Notes: generated by a model not told the origin, from the sequence alone. 64,000 nt of DNA from Pseudomonadota bacterium (GCA_043823065.1 JBDRBB010000006.1:64001-128000), one strand, 5' to 3'. Counted from the first letter of the stretch, positions 21,408 through 31,886 are shown. Made by a program: numbers and translations.

Positions 21408-22349
21408 TTATTTTCTTCTTCTAAAACTAATTAAAGCTAATCCCATTAAAGCCAGCATGGCCAAGCCAAACCAGCTAGTAGGACTATTTCCAAGAACCAT
21501 TAAACTACAGCTTTCACCACTTTGGTTATAATAACTACTATTCAAAAGATCTTGGTTTTGGTTTTGAGACTGATTAATATTTTCACAAGCCGGCCCACTA
21601 CATCTGGCATCACAAGCATCGCCAAAACCATCACCATCTGTATCTAATTGGTCTTCATTAGCCCGGCGCCAGCAATTATCATCATCATCAATTATTCCAT
21701 CTTTATCAAAATCTGATTCACAGACATCACCTATTCCATCACCATCTTTATCTAATTGATCTGGATTAGAAACGTATTTGCAATTATCACAAGCATCACC
21801 GATACCATCTTCATCGCTATCTTGCTGGCGAGAATTGTAAATTGATGGGCAATTATCAACTGCATCATCAGCACCGTCCATATCAGCATCGGTGCAAGCA
21901 TCACCATCTCCATCACTATTGAAATCTGCTTGTTCGGGATTATAATCTTCAGGACAATTATCTACAGCATTAGCAATTTCATCGCCGTCAGCATCATCGT
22001 CGCACAAATCGCCGATTCCATCAGCATCTGTATCTTTTTGATCTCGATTGGCAAGCAGGGGACAATTGTCTATTTCATCTAAAATACCGTCACGATCATC
22101 ATCATTATCGCAAACATCACCTTGACCGTCATGATCAGTGTCTAATTGATCTGCATTGGCAACGGTCTGACAATTATCCTCGCCATTAACAATGCCATCA
22201 CAATCTAAATCTAGGGTTCGGTTCATACAAGGAAGAACAACTCTGATATCAGCAATATCCGAGATGGTTGGTGGAGCAGCAAACAAGTTAGAAACCAAAA
22301 CTATGGGTAAAATAATTAGCACCAGAAATACAAATATAAGTTTTTTCAT
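21408..22349 (-). CDS. Thrombospondin type-3 repeat surface protein with MYXO-CTERM-like anchor
   Basis: Signal peptide, TSP3 repeats and a C-terminal [24 protein letters not shown]. Confidence 0.9.
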   Translation of the reverse strand: MKKLIFVFLVLIILPIVLVSNLFAAPPTISDIADIRVVLPCMNRTLDLDCDGIVNGEDNCQTVANADQLDTDHDGQGDVCDNDDDRDGILDEIDNCPLLANRDQKDTDADGIGDLCDDDADGDEIANAVDNCPEDYNPEQADFNSDGDGDACTDADMDGADDAVDNCPSIYNSRQQDSDEDGIGDACDNCKYVSNPDQLDKDGDGIGDVCESDFDKDGIIDDDDNCWRRANEDQLDTDGDGFGDACDARCSGPACENINQSQNQNQDLLNSSYYNQSGESCSLMVLGNSPTSWFGLAMLALMGLALISFRRRK

Positions 22350-22400
22350 GAAAAATCTCCTAAGTAGATTTTTCTCCCCCTGATTTAATTTCTATTAATA

Positions 22401-22427
22401 TTATCGGTAGGAATTGAAAAAAGTTGC
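22401..22427 (-). promoter_or_regulatory. GCAAC-N16-CGATAA putative alternative-sigma promoter
   Basis: Minus strand GCAAC ttttttcaattcctac CGATAA, upstream of the TSP3 genes. One of four copies with the same spacing. Confidence 0.6.
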
Positions 22428-22460
22428 TAAAAAAAGTGGTAAAACCACTTTTTTTAGCAA
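22424..22460. terminator. Bidirectional intrinsic-terminator-like hairpin
   Basis: ttgctaaaaaaagtggt-aaa-accactttttttagcaa is a perfect inverted repeat with A/T tails, downstream of the 22512 gene. Confidence 0.65.
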
Positions 22461-22511
22461 TCCTGAGTGCGTAAGCACGAAGGATCTCCTTGGTACCCAC
22501 AACATCTTAAT

Positions 22512-25500
22512 TTAATTAGCTTTATTAAGCTCAAAAGTTCGCTTTTCGCCACCAAAGTGCAACATTTGAGTGAGCCAAGCCTGCAAATCAATGGTTATAG
22601 CATCTAGATTGGAATTAAACCTAAGCTGTAATCCGTTTTCAGTAAAACTAATCTTCTGTAAACCAAAGAAATCAAACTGCTCAGCTTCAGGGGAAAATAA
22701 CTCAATATCTTTAGGAATAGTAATCTTAAACGCCTTTTCTGGATCAGAAAACATATTTAAGGCAATTTGAGCCTTTTCATATAGCGAAGAAATAATAGCT
22801 GGGCTAGGTACTGTAGTAGTGTTGGTTCCAGGAATTGGAGATATCACTAATCTAGTACGATTGCCTAACGGTCGAATTTTTAGTTGAAATTCCTCAGAAG
22901 TATCAACTTCAGCAGCTAGTAAAATTGCTAATTCAAAACTGGCAATTTGACCTTGCCAAGGATCTGCTACATCTGGTCGCAAGGAATGAATCACAGGCTT
23001 ACCTTCTTCATCCAATAAAATTGGTAGATTTCCAAATTGATCTGGCTGCTGATCTTCAGCAACTTCTAGAGCATAAAAAGAAACGCGCAAACCACCTATT
23101 TGAAAATCTAAAAGATTGTCGCTTAGGCTAGCGCTGGAAGACTCTTCTTCACTGGAAATAAGCGGAGGGATTTCTTCTGGAGTAACTAAAGCAAGATGTG
23201 GAGCCAAAACCCGGCTACCCTGGATACGCATCAACACTGGTTGGTTGGGAGGAAAATATCCATAGGTAGTTAAAGACGCGCCCAACAGATCTGAAACTGT
23301 TGGTCGAATTAAACATAAAGAAGAAGTTTCCAAATCTTCGTGGACGACATCGCATTCTTCCACAAAATCAAAACCAAGTTGTTTAAAGAAAGGTTCGGAA
23401 AGTTTAATGTCAACCAGACCTGTATATTCATCGGAACCTTCAACGCCTATTGCGCTAGCTATAAAAAGCAGGTGATTGATGGCATCGGCAGTTAGGGCCA
23501 GCCGCAGAGTTTTGTCATGAAGTTCTACAGATTCAAAGACCCGGTCCTTTGTTGCTGAAATAACACCCACACTTGGAATTTGCAGCTCAATTGGCAAATC
23601 AGCAAAAACTTCTTGGTCACCAACTATTAAGCCAGCATCAAAAAGCATTCCATTGCTATTTAACAAGAGACCAATTCCTGACTCATTAGCTAAATTAACT
23701 CCTAAAGGAATATTATAATTACCTAAAATATCGCCACCTGAAAATGAAAGTTTATGTTTAAAACCATTTTTCGCAAATTGAGTTAAAAACTTAGAACCAG
23801 TGCAATACAAGGTGGAGTTAATCGCATCTAAAACTGCCTCGCTAATTAAACCTGTTTGATTATCCAGCTCATTAAAGGAATGACAGAGATCTTGGACTTC
23901 TTCTGAAACATCAAACCCAGCGGTATCGCATTTTACAAAAAATCCATAATTGGTGGCATTACCCACAAAATTCTGAGGGATCAAAGAAGCTGGAGTGCCT
24001 TTGCAATATTTTTCTTTTTTAAAATCGCAATCAGTGTAATTACTACTTAATAGAATCAGGCCCTGTTCTTGGTTTACTTGTAACTTTACGTTAATAGAAG
24101 CTTCTCTGAATGAGATCCTAAGGGGAATTGGTCCTAGAACTGTTTTTCCTTCAGCATCTTGTTTAATTAGCCCAATGACAAATGACAAATTCTCAAAAGA
24201 TAGAACAAGATCTAAAGCATCTTTGGCAAAAGAAACTTGTTCAATACTTGCTGAACCCACTCCAGGCTCACCTAAAAGAGTAAAAGTAAAATCTTGAAAA
24301 GTTGATTTACCACCGCATTGAGGGATGCTCACCGCAACTTCTTCTGGAGATTCATTAGCCTCTTCTGGCGTGCTTGATTTTTTACCTAAATCATCTGTTA
24401 ACTTACCAATAAAAACTTGAAACTCGTCTGAACTTAAATAATTAGAGAGAAAGGGGGCTAAAATATTTTTTATAGTTTTAGAAGCTAAAATTAATTGTAA
24501 ACCTGAAGCAGAAATCAAACCATCTTTGATCTCATTATTGCTATTAAACGGTGATTTAACCTTACCCCAACCAAAAACCCAGGCTTGAGAAAAATTATTT
24601 TCCTTATAATCAACAGTGACAATATTTATTCCCTGCTGGGGAGCTAATTCAGTCTCATACAACCCAGTTGAGTTGAGACAAATCTCTTGCAGTTGATTTC
24701 TATTAAAAGCAACCTCAACACATGCTTCATTTGGAATACCATTCACTCTAAACTGAAAAGGTATAATCTCTGGATAATCTTCTTGAGTATAAATTGGAAG
24801 TGACTCAGCTGGACTAATAATATCTAAACCTGGCGTTGCTCCTGAGCCTTGAAACTTAATCCTTGATAATGTTGGACATGCACCTTGAGCTATAGCTGGA
24901 TTGCAGGCAGTAATAGTTAATTCATTGTTGCCAGCAATAACTGGCACACCTATTTCAAAATTTCCCTGACCTCCTTGCTCCACCCTGCTTTGACAAGAAA
25001 TACTGCTGACGTTGCCATTTGTATCTCTCATATTGTTTTCCACAGTAACCGTAACAGCATGAGTTGAGGCACCAATAAAATCGCAATTTTGGCAATCTTT
25101 CAAAAGGGAAACTGCCACGTTAACATGAGAGCTATCAATCAATTCTTGATTTCTTAGATCAGGCTCAAAAGAAACTTGATCTGCATCCATGGTAAACGCT
25201 TTGACCTTACTAGTCTTTCCAGAAACAGTTTCAGAACTGCCGGAAAAACGACTGGCGCTAACTGAAATAGTATAAGGACCAAATTTAGCCAAAGGCAGAC
25301 GTGCTGCGAAATAACCTTCTTCACTTAGACAAAAAGGTTTATTTTCTAAATTACTTTCCCAGCAATTTGCAGCGCTCCAATCACTAGTATCGATATTTTG
25401 CGTCTCTTTAGTATATTCATTTTGTACAGCAATGCTGATGCTGGCAGGAGTTGCCTCAGCCCTGTTTAAAGTTCCCTTAATAATTATAAAATCTTCTTTT

Positions 25501-25799
25501 ACTCCTGGCTCAGGAGTATTCAGACATAGAAACCCAGCATCTGGTTTACAAATGATGGCGGAAGGTTGTCTGGGAACAAGGCATTTTCCAGACTCACCCA
25601 CAACAGTAGATAAAACTTCTACCTCATCAGATTCATCAGTATCTTCAGGATTATCAGGTTCAACCGGTTGTGGATCTTCTTTTGTTGAAGCTACGCTTCT
25701 TGCTTGCCACCAATTTGTTACATCATCTAACAACCCAGCTTGGGCTTGAGGAATAATTAGAACAAGGCTTAAAATAAGGAATAAATAGATTTTTTTCAT
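22512..25799 (-). CDS. Large secreted protein (1095 aa); Ig-like N-half, possible BPI/LBP (TULIP)-like C-half
   Basis: Signal peptide MKKIYLFL..AQA, Cys pairs and G.N...T/V Ig-like motifs. The fold assignment is by eye only. Confidence 0.7.
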   Translation of the reverse strand: MKKIYLFLILSLVLIIPQAQAGLLDDVTNWWQARSVASTKEDPQPVEPDNPEDTDESDEVEVLSTVVGESGKCLVPRQPSAIICKPDAGFLCLNTPEPGVKEDFIIIKGTLNRAEATPASISIAVQNEYTKETQNIDTSDWSAANCWESNLENKPFCLSEEGYFAARLPLAKFGPYTISVSASRFSGSSETVSGKTSKVKAFTMDADQVSFEPDLRNQELIDSSHVNVAVSLLKDCQNCDFIGASTHAVTVTVENNMRDTNGNVSSISCQSRVEQGGQGNFEIGVPVIAGNNELTITACNPAIAQGACPTLSRIKFQGSGATPGLDIISPAESLPIYTQEDYPEIIPFQFRVNGIPNEACVEVAFNRNQLQEICLNSTGLYETELAPQQGINIVTVDYKENNFSQAWVFGWGKVKSPFNSNNEIKDGLISASGLQLILASKTIKNILAPFLSNYLSSDEFQVFIGKLTDDLGKKSSTPEEANESPEEVAVSIPQCGGKSTFQDFTFTLLGEPGVGSASIEQVSFAKDALDLVLSFENLSFVIGLIKQDAEGKTVLGPIPLRISFREASINVKLQVNQEQGLILLSSNYTDCDFKKEKYCKGTPASLIPQNFVGNATNYGFFVKCDTAGFDVSEEVQDLCHSFNELDNQTGLISEAVLDAINSTLYCTGSKFLTQFAKNGFKHKLSFSGGDILGNYNIPLGVNLANESGIGLLLNSNGMLFDAGLIVGDQEVFADLPIELQIPSVGVISATKDRVFESVELHDKTLRLALTADAINHLLFIASAIGVEGSDEYTGLVDIKLSEPFFKQLGFDFVEECDVVHEDLETSSLCLIRPTVSDLLGASLTTYGYFPPNQPVLMRIQGSRVLAPHLALVTPEEIPPLISSEEESSSASLSDNLLDFQIGGLRVSFYALEVAEDQQPDQFGNLPILLDEEGKPVIHSLRPDVADPWQGQIASFELAILLAAEVDTSEEFQLKIRPLGNRTRLVISPIPGTNTTTVPSPAIISSLYEKAQIALNMFSDPEKAFKITIPKDIELFSPEAEQFDFFGLQKISFTENGLQLRFNSNLDAITIDLQAWLTQMLHFGGEKRTFELNKAN

Positions 25800-25809
25800 A
25801 AGTATTTCC

Positions 25810-25836
25810 TTTTCGCCTAAAAAACAAAAAAGTTGC
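25810..25836 (-). promoter_or_regulatory. GCAAC-N16-CGAAAA putative promoter
   Basis: Minus strand GCAAC ttttttgttttttagg CGAAAA ends 10 nt before the ATG at 25799. Confidence 0.55.
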
Positions 25837-25963
25837 GTAAAAAAACAGACATCCTGCACCTTATACCTTATACCCCACATGAAAAGCCGCGTTATGTCAT
25901 ATTTTGCTGCATATGGCTGTCACGCTGCACCTTGTGGTTAATAATGAAAAACATATTTTATAG

Positions 25964-25990
25964 GCAACTTTTTCTTAGAAATGACGATAA
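25964..25990 (+). promoter_or_regulatory. GCAAC-N16-CGATAA putative promoter
   Basis: GCAAC tttttcttagaaatga CGATAA ends 10 nt before the ATG at 26001. Confidence 0.55.
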
Positions 25991-26000
25991 GAGAATACTA

Positions 26001-29000
26001 ATGAATATTAAGCTTATAAAATATATTTTTATACTCCTGCTGGTTATATTGTCTTTTAACGCTTGCAGCGGCGAAGATTACACACCAGTTTACTTCCCTC
26101 CCCAACAAGATTTACCAGAACAAGATCAGGTAATTAATGAAGGGGTTGGTGTTGATTGTTCAATATCATTTACTTCTCAGCTTTGCATAAAAATTGCTGG
26201 AGCAGTTGAAGCTGGCTTGGACCCAGAAGATCCACTTTGTGCAGAGATTGATCCTTTCCCAATCCATATTTCTGGAACTGAAGTAAGCATGATTGGTTCT
26301 GAGTTTCCAGACACCACCGTTAATATTGAGGGGTTACCTGAAATCACCCTAAATGGCAAAGGCAATACCACTGGTGATTCCAACATAGGCCAAGGAGAAA
26401 TTGACAGTTCTGGCAACATTACGATTGAAGGATTTAAATTCTATATTGAAGCCTTAGGTTTTGTTGGTGAAGTTCCAGATATCACCTTAACCACAGCATC
26501 CAGCCCAGAGCTTCCAGACTTACCTGCTGAACAAGGAAGTCCTCCTGATGTAAGCGGAGCCATGACCTTAGTTGGAGGTACCATTGTGGGTCATCTTTTT
26601 GATGGAGCAGAAGCCTTAGAAGGAGCTTCTCTGCAAGTTAGATTTCATGGGGCAATTTCACCTACTTTAGACGAATGTAGCCAAGATTCAGGGCCAGCAA
26701 GTATTGAAATCAAAAAAATATTTGTGGATCAAGAAGGCAAGCGTTCTGAAATTCCTCTGCCCGAGGGCAAGAGATTGGAAATTTCTTCAGGAACTTTTAT
26801 TGCTCAAGATAAATATGATATTGGGCCTCATTTTGAGACTACTGCAAAATTTTCCATTCAAAATATTAGTTCTAAATCAATAGCCATTCAGGTTCCATCT
26901 AAAGTAGGTCCTTTTATAATAACTTCTTATGATAATTTAGCTACTAATCTGTCGCCCCAGCAAATAATAAATATAACTATTACTTTTCGTCCTAATTATT
27001 CAGAACAAGATGACCTTGAACCTGGGGAAGTTATCTATCCACTTATAATTGGCACTGAATCTTTTAAATTGATTGGGGTTGCTCTAGATAAAGATGGTTT
27101 GGCTACAATCTCGCGCATTACTGAAGACGGAGAGCTGAGTGCCCCAGATATTGATGAATTAGAATTAGGTAATTTGGAGTTGCCTGCCAATTCGGAAAAA
27201 GCTTACTTTAAATGTGAAACCATAGAATGTGGTGAAGCAAGCTCTTGGGCCAATTGTACACCCTGTGCTGAAGATAATTATTCTGGCTGTGAACTATTGC
27301 CCATAACAACTACTGGCAAACCATATGGCGAAGTTAATGAATCCTGCGAATTAATTGAAAAGGACGCCACACCCCAGATGGCTATTGATCTACGAACATC
27401 TTCGGAAGTGCGCGCCAACAAAGAAATTATTGTAATCCAAAATCACGGCGCCCTTGATTTAACCGTACAACAAGTTACTTTATCAGAAGCACCAAATTCT
27501 CAATCTATAAACCAATTTTCAATCCAACAAAATGCTTTTTATTTAGCTGAAAACTTTGCTGACGTTGTTGATACTGACCCAGTTTCTTTTCCAATCACTC
27601 TTCCACCCTATCAGCCAGGTTTTCAAGAATTATCGCTTTTTATTGTTGTTACGTATTCGCCAACAGATTTAATTGGTTATGATGGCGTACGCGCCGGCAT
27701 TGGCAGCGCAGCTCTTGATAAAGCATTTTTAAAAGTAACGACCAGTTCGCAAGACTTAAAAATCGAGGTTAAAGGTAAAACCGCAATTAAAGAAATTCCT
27801 GCTTTAGAACTTTATTTTAAAACCTCCACAGGACCAAAACAAATTGCTAATGGAGAAACATTTTCGTTTAAAGATGTTACTGCAGAAACCATTGATAACG
27901 CAGTTCCTTTATTCCTAAAACTTTCAGACACTGAATCACGCGGTATGCGCGTTGTTTCCATAAGAATTGAAGGTGAAGACGCCCAATTTTTTGAATGGTT
28001 GGATACTGCGGAAAAAATTAATGCAATCAGTCCTCCTACTGGGCAGGGTAAGCGCTGTTCTATTCCAATCATTGATCCAACAACAGGCAACATGACCAGA
28101 GAAATTTTTGATTTAAATCCTGTTTCACTTGGTTCCAGAGGTTTTGATTTGCAGCCTGGAGTTCATACTTTAGAAACCATGCCTTTGTTTGGCTGTGTAA
28201 ATTATCACGCCAATCCTATTGACAAGACTTTTTTTGAAGCTGATTTGGTGGTTACTGCCCAAAAACTTGATGTCACGGGTAATCCAGAGCGCAATCCTGA
28301 TGGCACCTATTTGGAATCTGAACTCAAAGTTAAATTAGCAGCAGCTGTTAACCCCATTACCGGCCAAGTAGTATTACGCATTACCCAAACCAGCGCCACA
28401 ATCTTAAATCCTCAAATGCCTGGAATTTCGGCAATTGCTGCTCAAGAGGAAAACTTGGCTCGCGGATTTGAAAATGAAGACGTGGTATTTTTTGCTTCTT
28501 TAATCTTGGATCCATTTGATGAAGAAACCATCTATGACTCTACCGGCCAGAAAATTATTTCCACACCAAATGATAATGTCACTGCTGTGCTTAAAGCAAT
28601 TCACGGTCATCCTGTTAATCAGACTTATAATGATCCCTTGCTATTTGATTATGTCACTTTGATCCACGACAATACTCTTGAAGAAGGCATGCGCGGTATA
28701 TTTGATGGATATCCTGAAGATAGTTTACCTGAAAATCTTAGAATCGGTGGCTGGCGAATTTTTACTTCTACTTTCTCTTATCCAGGGCCAGTGCCTCCAG
28801 AGGGTGTTCCCGTTCCACAAAAAGTTTCTGATTGCGAGGTAATCAATCCTTGCAGCGAAGAAGGATTTAGAAAATTTACTGACGATGGAGTAGGACCTGA
28901 CCATAAAGGCGCTTGCGCTTTCTTTTACGCTTCAGGCGGTCGCTATGACAGCCCAGCTTTTCACCCCCAAGGCACACCTTTATTAAATGATGCTGAAGGC

Positions 29001-29741
29001 GAGTATAAACATCCTTGTGATGCAGTGGGTGTAAAACAAAATTTAATAGATCTAAACACCGGGCACTATAGTCTTGATGGCGCCCTCACTCTGGAAGAAA
29101 TTGGGTTTAGATTTTTTGGCCCAACCATTTATCATCAGCCTTACAATATAATTCGCCGCGGAACTAGACCCTTAGATGCAATTTTCCATGTAGGATTTAC
29201 TACAGAGACTTTAAAACCTTTATCTCCAGAAGATGAAGCTACCGGAGCTTATAATGTTCTGCCAGATGAAAGAATAGATTTTGCCAATCAAGGATACATG
29301 ATCAATTTAACTGATCCCAGGCCTATGCCACCAGCGCTCTGCCCAGGCAGCACTCAGAACAGGGAAATCGCTGGCAAGACTTATAGCACCTGGAAATATC
29401 TAGCGCCATTTCTGTCTCAAGACCCTGAGGGAAAAATTCCTGCTGGTTGCCCAGAACCTGATAACGATTTTGAAGAAAAAAATACTATGGCCTACTTACA
29501 TGGCCGCAGAGTTAATCATGAAACAGGAAATGCCAGTTTTGTAGCTGCTGCCAACTTTGGACCTGATGAAGAACTTACCTTTGCTTTCAAAGATCACATG
29601 ATCTTTATTGTTTTGAATGGTTGGCTTTGTGACCCAAAAGCAGTTGATGATCCTTTGCAAGGGCAAAACTGCTTTAATGCACAGTTTAACGAACGCGATG
29701 CAAGAAGCCAGGTTTCCATTATGGATGAGGAGATTGAATAA
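26001..29741 (+). CDS. Large acidic lipoprotein (1246 aa) with ASH/Ig-like domains
   Basis: Lipoprotein signal MNIKLIK...SFNA-C. I.N.G..L.V...L and I.ITF.P patterns suggest ASH-type Ig folds. Contains Cys clusters. Confidence 0.75.
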   Translation: MNIKLIKYIFILLLVILSFNACSGEDYTPVYFPPQQDLPEQDQVINEGVGVDCSISFTSQLCIKIAGAVEAGLDPEDPLCAEIDPFPIHISGTEVSMIGSEFPDTTVNIEGLPEITLNGKGNTTGDSNIGQGEIDSSGNITIEGFKFYIEALGFVGEVPDITLTTASSPELPDLPAEQGSPPDVSGAMTLVGGTIVGHLFDGAEALEGASLQVRFHGAISPTLDECSQDSGPASIEIKKIFVDQEGKRSEIPLPEGKRLEISSGTFIAQDKYDIGPHFETTAKFSIQNISSKSIAIQVPSKVGPFIITSYDNLATNLSPQQIINITITFRPNYSEQDDLEPGEVIYPLIIGTESFKLIGVALDKDGLATISRITEDGELSAPDIDELELGNLELPANSEKAYFKCETIECGEASSWANCTPCAEDNYSGCELLPITTTGKPYGEVNESCELIEKDATPQMAIDLRTSSEVRANKEIIVIQNHGALDLTVQQVTLSEAPNSQSINQFSIQQNAFYLAENFADVVDTDPVSFPITLPPYQPGFQELSLFIVVTYSPTDLIGYDGVRAGIGSAALDKAFLKVTTSSQDLKIEVKGKTAIKEIPALELYFKTSTGPKQIANGETFSFKDVTAETIDNAVPLFLKLSDTESRGMRVVSIRIEGEDAQFFEWLDTAEKINAISPPTGQGKRCSIPIIDPTTGNMTREIFDLNPVSLGSRGFDLQPGVHTLETMPLFGCVNYHANPIDKTFFEADLVVTAQKLDVTGNPERNPDGTYLESELKVKLAAAVNPITGQVVLRITQTSATILNPQMPGISAIAAQEENLARGFENEDVVFFASLILDPFDEETIYDSTGQKIISTPNDNVTAVLKAIHGHPVNQTYNDPLLFDYVTLIHDNTLEEGMRGIFDGYPEDSLPENLRIGGWRIFTSTFSYPGPVPPEGVPVPQKVSDCEVINPCSEEGFRKFTDDGVGPDHKGACAFFYASGGRYDSPAFHPQGTPLLNDAEGEYKHPCDAVGVKQNLIDLNTGHYSLDGALTLEEIGFRFFGPTIYHQPYNIIRRGTRPLDAIFHVGFTTETLKPLSPEDEATGAYNVLPDERIDFANQGYMINLTDPRPMPPALCPGSTQNREIAGKTYSTWKYLAPFLSQDPEGKIPAGCPEPDNDFEEKNTMAYLHGRRVNHETGNASFVAAANFGPDEELTFAFKDHMIFIVLNGWLCDPKAVDDPLQGQNCFNAQFNERDARSQVSIMDEEIE

Positions 29742-31268
29742 ATGGGAAATTGGGGATTTAATATTGATGGCGGCTTAAATCTTAGGGTCCCCACTTCTTT
29801 AACACCAAGTGGTGTTGGCTACCACTTTGATCTAGGTGCAATTTATAATTCTACTCGGGAAAACACCTATGATCTTACCTTAGAAATTGATGGCGGCAGC
29901 CAAGAAAGAGATATTGCCAGCTGGGATTATGCCCAAGAAATCAGCACTTGGAACGTAAGCCTTGGTTTAGGCAGACAAGAGAGGCTTGGCAGTCGTAGTC
30001 CAAGCTGGGGACATGGCTATTTAATTCAAAGAAACTCTATTGGTTTAGGTGGCTTAAGACACGGCCTAGATGGCCAAGAAGATCAAGGCCTGTATTTTCG
30101 CGCCCAATCCACCACAGGCATAGGCTGGAATTTTCATCTCTCTCAAAGTGTAGGTTTAGCCATTGAAGGCGGGCTGCAAATTGGCACCAATGCTGGAGCT
30201 GAAGGAGAAGCTTTAAGCGGAATTGAAGTAGCAATTTTGCTTTCAGCCAGACTTGTTTTTGGTCAAAGCATGAGTGAAGCAGGACAGGCTGATGGATTTG
30301 AAAATACTTATCATCTTTTAAGTCGTTTACTAGCTATTGCCAGCTCTATTGGCATGGAATTGGCGGTCAATAGACATGCGCAAAGATTTAGCGATTTAGG
30401 CATTGAAGTTGGAGGAGAAGCAGGACCATCCAGCACAGATGACATTCCTTTCTTGCTCCTAGCCACAAGTGCTTTAGGCAGCAGTGGCCGAGGCAGTAAT
30501 TATAGATTTTTTCGCAATTCCCAAGGATGGTGGCGCGTAGTTGATCCTTTAATTGATGTCTTGCAGGGCGGCATTATGTTTGCAGTTGGTGAAAGCAATG
30601 GCAGCCGGGCTTCAGCCACTGCTAGTTTTTTAAGCGCCTTACGCATGGGAGTTAGTTTACTTTTTAGAGATAATGAACGCGGTTCAACCTTACTTTGTCA
30701 TATCATCTATATGCTAACCGCAGGAGTAGCTGCTGCTCTGGCTGAAGACAATGATGCTGGTGAAATTGTGCGTGATGGCGCAGCTTCTGCAACCACGGCT
30801 ATCACTTTATCTACCCCCCACGATGGTGAAACCACTGATATCAATTATGCTGCGGTTTATGAAGGTGGTGGCGATCAAGATGGCAGTTGGCTTGGCCAGG
30901 CTACCATAACTTATAGATATGAAGATTGGTCCTGGTTAATCACTCAGCTATATCTACGCTCTCCTTGGTTTGTACCTGGCGGAAATCATAGCACACCTTC
31001 TTCCATAGGCACTGGCCTTGGTTTTGATTATTCTGGTAGATTATTTCAAGTCAACATTTTAGCAGAAGTAGGAACTGCTTATAGCGGCCTAGGTGGAGCA
31101 GCAGGTAGAATTGGCGCTAATGCTCAGGTTGGCATGCGCATTCCCATTGGCAGTCGTTTTATCTTAAATTTAGGGCTAACAGGAAGTGCTTATACCCTAG
31201 TCCCAAATTCTGGATTCAGATATGGCATAGGTTTTTATTTAGGTGGCGGACTTAGACCACGTCCTTAA
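29742..31268 (+). CDS. Lysine-free hypothetical protein with beta-barrel-like termini and a hydrophobic helical core
   Basis: 508-aa ORF starting directly after the upstream stop (TAA ATG). It has 0 Lys, alternating aromatic/Gly strands at both ends and no signal peptide. Confidence 0.75.
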   Translation: MGNWGFNIDGGLNLRVPTSLTPSGVGYHFDLGAIYNSTRENTYDLTLEIDGGSQERDIASWDYAQEISTWNVSLGLGRQERLGSRSPSWGHGYLIQRNSIGLGGLRHGLDGQEDQGLYFRAQSTTGIGWNFHLSQSVGLAIEGGLQIGTNAGAEGEALSGIEVAILLSARLVFGQSMSEAGQADGFENTYHLLSRLLAIASSIGMELAVNRHAQRFSDLGIEVGGEAGPSSTDDIPFLLLATSALGSSGRGSNYRFFRNSQGWWRVVDPLIDVLQGGIMFAVGESNGSRASATASFLSALRMGVSLLFRDNERGSTLLCHIIYMLTAGVAAALAEDNDAGEIVRDGAASATTAITLSTPHDGETTDINYAAVYEGGGDQDGSWLGQATITYRYEDWSWLITQLYLRSPWFVPGGNHSTPSSIGTGLGFDYSGRLFQVNILAEVGTAYSGLGGAAGRIGANAQVGMRIPIGSRFILNLGLTGSAYTLVPNSGFRYGIGFYLGGGLRPRP

Positions 31269-31801
31269 GAATATAATTTATGTGCTTCCAAATAGTTTTT
31301 AACTTCTTGGGCAACTAATTCATCAACAGGCTCGTTCTTAGCTATTTTTCCCCGAATCTCAGTTGAACTAACATCTGGAATCATGGAACCTTTGCCGCGC
31401 GGAATGGAAATAATCGGAACCAATTTTTTGATCTCTTCAAATTCATGCCAGTCTTTAGTTTCTTGGTGAATATCTCCGCCAGTTACTAAAGAAAACGTGT
31501 AATCAGGAAATTTTTGCTGCAAGTGACGAATGGTACGAATGGTATGCGATGTTCCGCCCAGTTCCTGTTCAATAGTGGAGACCATTAATTTTTCCCCAAA
31601 TTTGGCAAAAGCTATCTGGCACATTTGATAACGGTCTGGAAAAGGGGCCAGCTCTTTGCCAAATGGATGTTCAAAGCAAGGCACAATCCAAACCTGATCA
31701 ATTTGCTCATTTTGCAACAGCCATTCACAAATAACTAGGTGACCAATATGCGGTGGATTAAAAGATCCGCCAAAGAGGGCAATCTTTGTTTTAGCACTCA
31801 T
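31265..31801 (-). CDS. nadD: Nicotinate-nucleotide adenylyltransferase
   Basis: FGGSFNPPHIGH, HPF.K, W.E and DVSSTEIR. The longer ORF start lies within a repeat. Confidence 0.92.
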   Translation of the reverse strand: MSAKTKIALFGGSFNPPHIGHLVICEWLLQNEQIDQVWIVPCFEHPFGKELAPFPDRYQMCQIAFAKFGEKLMVSTIEQELGGTSHTIRTIRHLQQKFPDYTFSLVTGGDIHQETKDWHEFEEIKKLVPIISIPRGKGSMIPDVSSTEIRGKIAKNEPVDELVAQEVKNYLEAHKLYS

Positions 31802-31810
31802 AATACTGCT

Positions 31811-31886
31811 GTCATTGCGAGGAGCTTTAAGCGACGAAGCAATCCCAAGGGTATCCTCTGGATTGCTTCGCTTCGCTCGCAATGAC
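31811..31886. repeat. REP/RPE-like palindrome (GTCATTGCGAG..GAAGCAATC family)
   Basis: gtcattgcgagg..cgacgaagcaatcc...ggattgcttcg..ctcgcaatgac inverted arms. Confidence 0.85.

Noticed and set aside
25833..26000. Overlapping extended starts of the two divergent giant genes
   Set aside because: The signal peptides begin at 25799 and 26001; the extensions cover promoter motifs and heptamer repeats.
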